This document shows, one piece after another, positions 47,543 to 55,474 of a stretch of DNA of 64,000 nt (its first letter is position 1; each line of letters starts with the position of its first letter). Source of the DNA: Dehalococcoidia bacterium (GTDB lineage Bacteria > Chloroflexota > Dehalococcoidia > GIF9 > AB-539-J10); the NCBI GenBank assembly GCA_049678605.1, contig JBAUEM010000113.1, forward strand, positions 9,822-73,821, written 5' to 3'. The notes beneath the pieces were generated by a model. It searched no databases. It was not told the origin of the DNA and saw only the letters and a list, made by a program, of their open reading frames with translations. Made by a program: the position numbers and the translations under genes.

Positions 47543-50002
47543 TCAGGTGGCCGCTGCACCTCTGCCTCTTCTGCGCACGAAGAAAATCACCAGTCCCACT
47601 GCCACCGCCGCTACTATTATCCAGGGCCACCAGGGCATCCCCACCGCCGCAGCTCCCCACATGTTTGTCTCTGTTGCCTTAGCGGTGGCTGTAATGCCGG
47701 GGGAAGTTGAGGATATCTCCACCATTACCCCGGTCAATTTATCCCAGTAGTAAGTAGCCTGGGTTTCATTCTGCGAAAAGCCTGCGTAGACTACCGTTCT
47801 GTCTGCTCCCGCATAAGTTCTTGTAGCTTCGCCTTCTATTGTTACATTGCCATACCCGGCTATGTAAACGGAATCTCCTGTTGTCCGGTTGGCGGAGACA
47901 GCAATTCCTGCCAGCCCGGGGACTTCGCTGCCAGACACAACGTCTACAGGCCCGGTGTCGCTGTATTCGGTCCCGTCCGATATGTGCAGCGTAGCCCGCA
48001 CATCAGCGAGTGTGCCGTTAACGCTTAGAAACTCCAGCTTCAACCACTCCAGATACGGCTGACCGGCAGGCCAACCAGTAAGCGTATACGCAACCTTTAT
48101 CCAGTCGCCGGCCTCAATGCCCACATCGCCAGCCTCAACGCCCACAAAGTTGGCCGTTATGGAGTAGTCGCCGTCCATGGTGATATTAGTTGAGGCGGCA
48201 TTGACATCAGCGATTTTGCCGACGTCGCCAGTCCATTGGACAAATCGGTAGCCAGCATCTGCGATCGCCACCAGGTCGACCACCGTCCCCTCGTCATAGG
48301 CAAAGGTCCCCTCGCCAGGGGTGGTTACCGAGCCTCCAGCGGTGCTGGAGATGGTCAGAGCACGCTGCGACGGTGGCAATGCAAGCGCCAGATTCCATAC
48401 GGCAAACTCAGTCCCCGGGCCCGCGGCGACCACAGTGCCATCGGACTTAAGCCCCACCGTGTGATAGATGCCTGCGGCGATCTGGGTGATGTCCATCCAG
48501 CCGCCGACATCGCATTGTCCGTGGGAGTTGTCTCCCACGGCGATCACGGTATTGTCGGACTTAAGCCCCACCGTGTGCTCGCTGCCTGCGGCGACTCCGA
48601 CGATGTCCATCCAGCCGCCGGCATTGTATGCCGTGGCGGCGACGGTGCCGTCGGACTTAAGCCCCACCGTGTGCTGGCTGCCTGTGGCGACCCCGACGAT
48701 GTCCGTCCAGCCGCCGACATCGCACTGCCCGTAGCCGTTGTCTCCGACGGCGACCACGGTGCCGTCGGACTTGAGCCCCACCGTGTACCTGTCGCCGGCG
48801 GCGACCTGGGTGATGTTTCTCCAGCCGCCGACATCGCACTCCGCCCAGGAGTTGTCTCCCGCGGCGACCACGGTGCCGCCGGACCTAAGTCCTACGGTGT
48901 GATACCAGCCTGCGGCGACCTGGGTGATGTCCGTCCAGCCGCCGATATCGCACTGCCCGTAGTAGTTGTATCCCACGGCGACCACGGTGCCGTCGTTATT
49001 AAGCCCCACCGTGTGCTGCCAGCTTGCCGCCACCTGGGTGATGTCCGTCCAGTCGCCGACATTGCACTGCCCGTGGTCCTGGTTCCTTCCCACGGCGGCC
49101 ACGGTACCGCCGGACCTAAGTCCCACTGTGTGATAGCCGCCTGGGGCGACCTGGAGGATGTCCGTCCAGCCGCTGACTTGGCACTGCCCGTGGTACTGCG
49201 CTACACCCGCGGCGACCACGCTGCCGTCGGACTTAAGCCCCACCGCGTGATGGTAGCCTGCGGCGACCCGGGTGATGTCCGTCCAGCCGCTGACATTGTG
49301 TGTCGGGGCGACTACGGTGCCGTCGGACTTAAGCCCCACCGTGTGATAGTAGCCCGCGGCGACCTGGGTAATGTCCGTCCAGCCGCTGACATCGTGTGCC
49401 GTTGAGACCACGGTGCCGTCGGACTTAAGCCCCACTGTGTGACGGCCGCCTGCGGCGACCCGGGTGATGTCCCTCCAGCCGCCGACATTCCACTGCCCGT
49501 AGCTGTTGTCTCCGACGGCAACCACGGTGCCCCAGGCTTTAAGCCCCACCGTGTGACCGCCGCCTCCGGCGACCTGGATGATGTCCGTCCAGCTGCCGAC
49601 ATTGCACTGTTCGTCGTCGTTGGCTCCGACGGCGACCACGGTGCCGTCGGACTTAAGCCCCACCGTGTGATAGTAGCCTGCGGCGACCTGGGTGATGTTC
49701 GTCCAGCCGCCGACATTGCACTGCCCGTAGCTGTTGTCTCCCACGGCGACCACGGTGCCGTCGGACTTAAGTCCCACCGTGTGATAGTAGCCTGCGGCGA
49801 CCATGGGCGTTACTTCGCCTTCAGGCGTAGCCAGGGCCATTGCCGAAGCAGCGCTCGAGCTATCTAACTCCAGATGACCAGCACAACAGTCCTCTGGCAG
49901 AGGCATGGTTGCAGAAGCTCCTCCTGCCGAAGCAGGAAGAATCAGGCTGAAGACCAGAACCAGAGAGAACAGAGCTAGTAAGTGTATTTCTTTATTTTTC
50001 AT
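47543..50002 (-). CDS. Large surface protein: signal peptide, about 13 RCC1-like 38-aa repeats (two propellers), one InlB-B-repeat-like domain, an unknown domain, C-terminal TM anchor
   Basis: MKNKEIHLLALFSLVLVFSLILPASA signal. Repeats of HTVGLKSDGTVVAVGDNSYGQCNVGGWTDITQVAAG. GGSVTTPGEGTFAYDEGTVVDLVAIADAGYRFVQWTGDV. C-terminal PWWPWIIVAAVAVGLVIFFVRRRGRG. Confidence 0.8.
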   Translation of the reverse strand: MKNKEIHLLALFSLVLVFSLILPASAGGASATMPLPEDCCAGHLELDSSSAASAMALATPEGEVTPMVAAGYYHTVGLKSDGTVVAVGDNSYGQCNVGGWTNITQVAAGYYHTVGLKSDGTVVAVGANDDEQCNVGSWTDIIQVAGGGGHTVGLKAWGTVVAVGDNSYGQWNVGGWRDITRVAAGGRHTVGLKSDGTVVSTAHDVSGWTDITQVAAGYYHTVGLKSDGTVVAPTHNVSGWTDITRVAAGYHHAVGLKSDGSVVAAGVAQYHGQCQVSGWTDILQVAPGGYHTVGLRSGGTVAAVGRNQDHGQCNVGDWTDITQVAASWQHTVGLNNDGTVVAVGYNYYGQCDIGGWTDITQVAAGWYHTVGLRSGGTVVAAGDNSWAECDVGGWRNITQVAAGDRYTVGLKSDGTVVAVGDNGYGQCDVGGWTDIVGVATGSQHTVGLKSDGTVAATAYNAGGWMDIVGVAAGSEHTVGLKSDNTVIAVGDNSHGQCDVGGWMDITQIAAGIYHTVGLKSDGTVVAAGPGTEFAVWNLALALPPSQRALTISSTAGGSVTTPGEGTFAYDEGTVVDLVAIADAGYRFVQWTGDVGKIADVNAASTNITMDGDYSITANFVGVEAGDVGIEAGDWIKVAYTLTGWPAGQPYLEWLKLEFLSVNGTLADVRATLHISDGTEYSDTGPVDVVSGSEVPGLAGIAVSANRTTGDSVYIAGYGNVTIEGEATRTYAGADRTVVYAGFSQNETQATYYWDKLTGVMVEISSTSPGITATAKATETNMWGAAAVGMPWWPWIIVAAVAVGLVIFFVRRRGRGAAAT

Positions 50003-50372
50003 CGTTACTCCTCCCTTGTTTACTCTTTTGTATTCGCCTCAGCCCTCGATAGACCCCAAACAGGCTCTCATCCCTCCCTATGTGCTGAACTGACCACGAT
50101 GAGGACTGTGACAACCCTCTGACGCACATACTTGACCACCGACTATATGTTGCTTTTGTTGTAACTATAGGCCACTATCGAAAAAATTGTCAATAGTTTT
50201 TGTGAGGCGTCCAAGACATACGATAGAATTAAGGAGTCACAAAACGTCAGAATGTGTAACACTCTTAGGCTGGCAATTGAATCCCGAAGTGTATCACCAC
50301 AAATGCCATAAGTTCTTAAAGAGCCCTGACAGACGTAGCTGGATTCCTTACATCAAGCGAAAAGAGGCCAAT

Positions 50373-50693
50373 ATGATTGTCCCTAATGGCTGTGCCATTA
50401 AGGCAAAATTCAGCTTGCGTGGGAATAGAGTGCTGGTCTGGCAGATTATTGGATTATTGTTCGCTGGTTTGCTTTTCGTGGCGTTCACGAAAATTACGGC
50501 ATCTATCCATAACGATTTTGTCCTGATGCAGTTTATCCGGAAATTTGACTCTCCCGGTATGTTGACCATCCTTCGAACGGGACTGCTCTTTTTTGTTTAC
50601 GTGCATGCCTTTGTGCATGAGAAGGTCCATAAACTCAATATCGGCGCTATGCTTGCTCCTGTGCGACCGGCGTATCGGGCTCGTTTTCAGTGA
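50373..50693 (+). CDS. Possible truncated small membrane protein with an HExxH motif
   Basis: Two hydrophobic segments and VHAFVHEKVHKL from the internal ATG at 50373. The ORF runs straight into the recombinase remnant. Weak call. Confidence 0.25.
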   Translation: MIVPNGCAIKAKFSLRGNRVLVWQIIGLLFAGLLFVAFTKITASIHNDFVLMQFIRKFDSPGMLTILRTGLLFFVYVHAFVHEKVHKLNIGAMLAPVRPAYRARFQ

Positions 50694-51223
50694 ATCACTG
50701 CCACAACAAAGGATGGTCAGCCGATAAACTTGAGGCCCTAGTATGGAGACAGATAGAGCATATTCTGGCCAATCCTAGGCTTATGATTACTGGGCTTGAA
50801 AAGCAACGGCAAGGTTCTAATGACGTTGGTATTTTAGAGGCCGAATTAGGGCAAGTTGAGCAACAACTTAGGGCGCTAGACCGTGACTAGGCACAGCTCT
50901 TACAGTGGGCAATTAAGGGGTTTCCAGAGGACATCGTTACCATAGAGAACAGGAAGCTCAATGTGAGGCGCGAAACCTTAAAAATGCAAAAGGCCGAGCT
51001 CGAGCAAAAGATCAAAGCTAGTCAGGAAGCGGCTATCAGTTTGCCGAGACTTGAGCATTTCGTTGAACTGATCCAAGAAAAGCTATCAACGCTAGACCTT
51101 GAGACAAAACGCATGGTGCTAGAAATGCTTGATGTTAAGGTGTGGATAGACGGACACAATGTGGAAGTAATCGGGATCATACCTATTTCTGATTATGTTA
51201 TTGCGACACCGCAAACTGGATAG
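50690..51223 (+). pseudogene. 3' remnant of a large serine recombinase gene (coiled-coil/C-terminal region) with an in-frame TAG
   Basis: ORFs 50690..50890 and 50963..51223 share one frame. ...WSADKLEALVWRQIEHILANP... and heptad-like LKMQKAELEQKIKASQEAA...LETKRMVLEMLDVKVWID resemble the C-terminal part of large serine recombinases. No resolvase catalytic domain is found upstream. Confidence 0.55.
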
Positions 51224-51539
51224 CTCGACTAGATGCTACGCTGTGTCTTCGCTCTCCAATTGCTGATTTCATGCCGACGTCGTCGGGACAAAGGCGGGAC
51301 AAATCGGAATATGAATCCCCATTCAATGGGGAAGAATCCCTGCTATCCTCTCTCCCCTGGCGGGAGAGAGTTAGACGTGTCCTGAGCGAAGTGGAAAGAG
51401 TGGGAGGGAGAAATTCATCGCAAAGTTACAACCGTAAATCCACCGTTCAAGCCAGCGATGAATACCCTATTACCCTGTCGGTTTCACTCCCACTGCCCTG
51501 AAGGTGAAGTTCTCAACGTTCTCTGCCATTTCATCCAGT

Positions 51540-52484
51540 TCAAGCACCTGCATCGTCTCCAGCGTCAAATTCCATTTTTACCAATTCCTCCAGGGTCTTA
51601 TCGCCGGTCCCTGATGGGTAGTACTGGAGCTCCGCCTCATATTCTGGGTCTGCACCGATGACATGCATAGTGCTATCCACTGCCTCCTTTATGGTGGCCT
51701 TTTCAGAGCATAGCTGTCCGATTAGATAGAGGGTAGCTTCATCTACGTAATATAACTCCACGCTGCGGTCCCAGGCAAGATAGACCGAGGCGCCTTTATC
51801 AACAAATGCTTGAGCCAGGTCTGTCAAATAGATGCCGGAACAGCCCATCATTATGATAACGGTGTCATCAAATCTCCCTTTCATGTCCGTGGCCTGGCCT
51901 ACCACGCTTTTGGCGCTGACGAATTCTGGAGTTATACCGAACATCATAGGACAACCTTCACCAGCCCTGCCCATAACCAGTTGGTCATATATCTGTTCAA
52001 GATAATAATCTGACTCGCTATATTCCTCATTGGTAAACAGCACGGTCCTCAAGATTACCTCCCCATCTTGTGCCAGTATACCGGAATGGGCTCGAAAGAT
52101 GATAAGCTTATAACCATGAGTTGGTAGTTCGCGGTAAAACTCAACCGTAATCTCATCGCCCTGGTAGAGGTCAACTTCAAAGCCGTAGTCCTCAAGCTCC
52201 CTGGTGACATTTGCAATAAACTGCTCGTTTTCCTGAAAGGTGGAAAGCTGGTCAACGATTGCTGCCTTGAGCTTCCCGAGGTTATCCGGGGAGGGCTGAC
52301 CCATAGGGTAGATACGGACAAAGACAACAACGCCGGCAATGGCTAATGCTATAAGCAGCCACGCAAACCAGGGCAAGCCCTTCTTTGGGGGCTTTCCTTC
52401 GGCTTGCTTTCCTCCGGGCTGCTTTCCGTGAGTCGCCTTTTTAGCTTTTGCTCTGGTCATAGTTCCCCGCCCCTGCCACAGCAT
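51540..52484 (-). CDS. Membrane-anchored extracytoplasmic protein with a His/Cys dyad pattern (possible clan-CD-like peptidase fold)
   Basis: Lys-rich N-terminus and one TM (WFAWLLIALAIAGVVVF). Hydrophobic strand plus His (LIIFRAHSG) and hydrophobic strand plus Cys (VIIMMGCSG). Confidence 0.45.
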   Translation of the reverse strand: MLWQGRGTMTRAKAKKATHGKQPGGKQAEGKPPKKGLPWFAWLLIALAIAGVVVFVRIYPMGQPSPDNLGKLKAAIVDQLSTFQENEQFIANVTRELEDYGFEVDLYQGDEITVEFYRELPTHGYKLIIFRAHSGILAQDGEVILRTVLFTNEEYSESDYYLEQIYDQLVMGRAGEGCPMMFGITPEFVSAKSVVGQATDMKGRFDDTVIIMMGCSGIYLTDLAQAFVDKGASVYLAWDRSVELYYVDEATLYLIGQLCSEKATIKEAVDSTMHVIGADPEYEAELQYYPSGTGDKTLEELVKMEFDAGDDAGA

Positions 52485-52639
52485 CCAGAGGTCCCTGCTC
52501 AGTGTCCACCAGGCGTCTGGATGATGTAAGCAGGCATATCGAACTGGGGCTATCCTGCCTGCATTTTAGCTTGTTTCTCCACTCACCTCAACCGGGCAAA
52601 CCAGCACCGGCCCTGGCAGAGTCCAGCATGAGGCTAAAG

Positions 52640-53760
52640 CCTGGCACTACATTTGTCATTCTTGCTTTTGTCATTGCGAGTCCCGATTTATCGGGGTGTG
52701 ACAATCCCGTTGGCTAAATTCCAAATCCCAAAATCCAAACTCCAAACAAATCCAAATATCAAAATTCAAGGCTCTAAACTGTTTTGGCCATTTATTTGAG
52801 GGTGTCATTCTGAGCCGAAGGCGAAGAATCTCGGAGATTCTTCATTCCGCTTCGCTCCATCCAGAATGACATACCTGTCTAGTGGAGATAAACTCCGCCA
52901 CTACATTAATTTGTTGTCCCCGTCCAGCATTTTTGTAGTTGCCTGATTTATCAGGCGGGGTTGCTAGAATTTTTGCGTTTTGAGTTGTCATTTTGACTTT
53001 TGACCTTTGATTTTTGAATTTCTATATTGTTTCGCATTTGGGATTTGGGGCTTGGGATTTGGGATTTCTTCAAATCAAAAATTAGTGGTCTGTCTTTCAG
53101 TGTCCCCTCTTAAAATAAGGCTTCTCTCCTTTCATAACTCCCCTTCCCCCTCTTATCTTAAGAGGGGGACCCTTCACATAGTGATTCTTTCCTTAAATGT
53201 CCCCCTTAAAACCTTAAAATATGGATTCTCTCCTTCGTTATCCCCCCTTAAAATAAGGGGGGATAAAGGGGGGTTATTTCCATGGGCATCACATGTTGTG
53301 CTTGCCTGCTCAATATCGATTGCATTCATCCTGAGACAGCGTCGCTTCGATTTTGTAGTTGGATCATTGTAAAGGTATATATTCATAACTCTCCTTTCCC
53401 CTCTTATCTTAATAGGGGTCTTAAGAAGGGGAAGGGAGAGCGGCGGGGCTCGTCCCCGCCCGAGTGGCGGAGATAAACTCCGCCACTACGTTCTTTTGTA
53501 CGCATTTTGTACCTCGGATGACCGTGAAGGAAGGGATTCCTTCACGCCTCGTAAAGGAGGGAGTGTCATTGCGAGTCCCGATTTATCGGGACGCGGCAAT
53601 CCCATTGCCTAAACTGCTAAAATAAGATTGTGTCCATAAGGTTAATAGCCAAGAAAGGGGCGGGGCTCGTCCCCGCCCACTCTTTGTCATTGCCAGCGCG
53701 ACCGTGAAGGAAAGGATTCCTTCACGCCTCGTAATACGAAATTATGGGGAAGACCATAAA
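52640..53760. repeat. Dense cluster of interspersed hairpin repeats
   Basis: Includes gtcattgcgagtcccgatttatcgggg (52664 and 53566) and gtcattctgagccgaaggcgaagaatctc/gagattcttc...agaatgac (52806-52870). REP hairpins at 52880, 53447-53490 and 53660. gtgaaggaaRggattccttcac occurs twice (53523 and 53703). 'cccctcttatcttaagaggggg' units lie at 53100-53280. Confidence 0.8.
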
Positions 53761-53776
53761 CTGCTAAAATAGGATT

Positions 53777-54928
53777 GTGTCCATAAGGTTAATAGCCAAG
53801 AAAGGCTCGACCTTCCATGATTTCCCCTACTCTCATCCCGAACGGAAGTGCTTCCATTGCTGGATTATCAATGTCACGCCACCGGGTCCCAACCAATGCC
53901 TTCATGATTGTATCTACTGCTATGCCCGAGAAGCTATTTACTCCAACTACTCCGAGGATACCCTGATTTATACCAACTTACCCGAGTTAGTGGAGAGAGA
54001 CCTCGAAAAGCTGACTTTATGCCCGCCGATTTCCCTGTCCAATATCTCCGACCCCTGCCAGGACATACCTGAATTGAAGAGAGAGGTCAAAAGACTGATA
54101 CAGCTTCTTATGAACTACGGCGTCTCGTTTTTCATCACCACCAAAGGCGACCCATCCTTTCTTCTGGAATTGCCTGGCTTTATCGAGTACAAGCCTAAAT
54201 TTATAGCTATAACCATCGAAGGGACTCCTGAGGTGCTCGAGCTTTTGTCACCAGGGGCGCCTTCGTTCGATGCCAGGGTAGCTGCTGCCGCCAAGCTATC
54301 TGACATGGGTATAGATATTGTCGTTCGCCTCGACCCCATTTTGGTCCATTTATTCCAAGCCCTTTACGGTGATTCCTGGTTTGAAAAAATAGCTGGGTTG
54401 ATTGATGTCTTCGCCGCGATTGGAGCCAGGCATGTCACCGCCAGCACTGGCCGGCTATCCAGGAGGCGCTCTCCATTAGCCGGTCACAAAGGCACAAGTA
54501 TATGGCAGCGAATATACAAAGTTATCTACAGCCAGTCGCCACTAGCAGCTAAGAAATTCGAGCAAGAATACATCTACGAGGCGCATTGGTCAGGCGGAGG
54601 CTATCGCCTGCGCAGGGACTTGAGGCTCGGCTTCCACCGGAAAGTAAAGGAATTGGTCGAAGCCAGGGGAATGACCTATGCCACCTGCCAGGAACTTTCC
54701 GCCGAGGAAAGTGACTCCCCGGGCATCCCGCACTGCGAGGGATTACCACTGCCCTTTGCCCGAAGGCAAGCAGATGGCAGGTTCAAACCTGTTCCAGGTT
54801 GCACTGCTAACTGTCATGTCTCTTGCCGGGGGTTATCCAACCCGCCCTGCGGGCAAACTAAACTGATAAGCTTCGAGCCGCTGCGTCTCAAAAAACTACG
54901 CTTTGAATCAACCCTAAAAAGTCGTTAA
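53777..54928 (+). CDS. Radical SAM protein of the SPL / DNA-repair-photolyase-like family (COG1533-like)
   Basis: CLHDCIYCYAREA (Cx3Cx2C directly followed by YA, as in this family). About 380 aa. GTG start lies inside a 48-bp duplicated segment, so the start is uncertain. Confidence 0.65.
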   Translation: MSIRLIAKKGSTFHDFPYSHPERKCFHCWIINVTPPGPNQCLHDCIYCYAREAIYSNYSEDTLIYTNLPELVERDLEKLTLCPPISLSNISDPCQDIPELKREVKRLIQLLMNYGVSFFITTKGDPSFLLELPGFIEYKPKFIAITIEGTPEVLELLSPGAPSFDARVAAAAKLSDMGIDIVVRLDPILVHLFQALYGDSWFEKIAGLIDVFAAIGARHVTASTGRLSRRRSPLAGHKGTSIWQRIYKVIYSQSPLAAKKFEQEYIYEAHWSGGGYRLRRDLRLGFHRKVKELVEARGMTYATCQELSAEESDSPGIPHCEGLPLPFARRQADGRFKPVPGCTANCHVSCRGLSNPPCGQTKLISFEPLRLKKLRFESTLKSR

Positions 54929-54954
54929 GGATTTTTGGGGACACGATAAATTTA

Positions 54955-55140
54955 TAGTTAACCGCATAATCTCGTATAAAATTCCTCTCCCTTGATGGGA
55001 GTCCCGATTAAATCGGGAAAGGTGAGGGTAAAATCTCCCTCCCTCTTTCACCCTGCCAAATCTTCGATTTGTCAGGGAACCCGGGGTCCCCACAAAATCT
55101 GAGACTTTGTGGGGTATAAGCTCCCCCCCACCAGGGGAGG
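54955..55140. repeat. Interspersed hairpin repeats between the radical SAM gene and smr
   Basis: gtcccgattaaatcgggaa hairpin; ccccacaaa-N9-tttgtgggg hairpin (55088-55114); ctccctccc... units. Confidence 0.6.
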
Positions 55141-55216
55141 GAGAACTATAAGGAGTTTTGCAATGGACTATAAATTAACGGGGGCCCACGGGAATCACAA
55201 GATTTTCGTGGGAGGT

Positions 55217-55474
55217 TTAATGGTTTGTCAGCTCCACTATGGTGACGCCATAGTCTCCTTCGCCATAATCACCAAGGCGATAGGACTTAACCAGAGGATG
55301 CTTGGCTAGTGAGTCATGTACGGTACGGCGTAATTTTCCTGTCCCCTTACCATGAACAATGCGCACAGAGGGCAAGCCAACCATAAAGGCATCGTTGAGA
55401 TATTGGTCAAGCCGCCATAGGGCTTCATCGACGGTAAGATGGCGTAAACGTAATTCCCTGTCTACTGCTTTCAT
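55217..55474 (-). CDS. Smr (MutS2 C-terminal-like) domain protein
   Basis: LRHLTVDEAL...VRIVHGKGTGKLR matches the Smr domain signature. Confidence 0.8.
   Translation of the reverse strand: MKAVDRELRLRHLTVDEALWRLDQYLNDAFMVGLPSVRIVHGKGTGKLRRTVHDSLAKHPLVKSYRLGDYGEGDYGVTIVELTNH

Noticed and set aside
46555-47682. Many 60-126-aa ORFs on both strands in the 46.5-47.7 kb region. The same applies to 38809..39203, 41916..42439, 51271..51661 and 52502..53476.
   Set aside because: They lie entirely in interspersed repeat clusters and translate to the typical repeat-derived strings (CHCE..., LAMT, FARNDK, IPNPNF). The same 'proteins' appear on both strands.
48236-49405. 389-aa ORF on the + strand, plus several 88-142-aa ORFs on both strands inside 47543..50002
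   Set aside because: They are antisense or off-frame to a clearly periodic RCC1-repeat gene in GC-rich DNA. Their translations are low-complexity Arg/Pro/Gly/Ala strings that simply mirror the repeat period. These are shadow ORFs.
39175-50002. Diversity-generating retroelement acting on the repeated RCC1 blades
   Set aside because: There is no reverse transcriptase gene and no non-coding template repeat in the window. Blade differences are not restricted to adenine-templated positions by eye.
50187-50372. N-terminal 62 residues of the 168-aa ORF 50187..50693
   Set aside because: It starts at a TTG with no RBS and has non-protein-like composition. Only the part from the ATG at 50373 (TM segments, HExxH) is kept, and that at low confidence.
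38200-54950. Calling the island a prophage or an intact integrative element
   Set aside because: There are no phage structural, replication or conjugation genes. The recombinase is a truncated pseudogene. I could not identify matching att-like direct repeats at the borders by eye.
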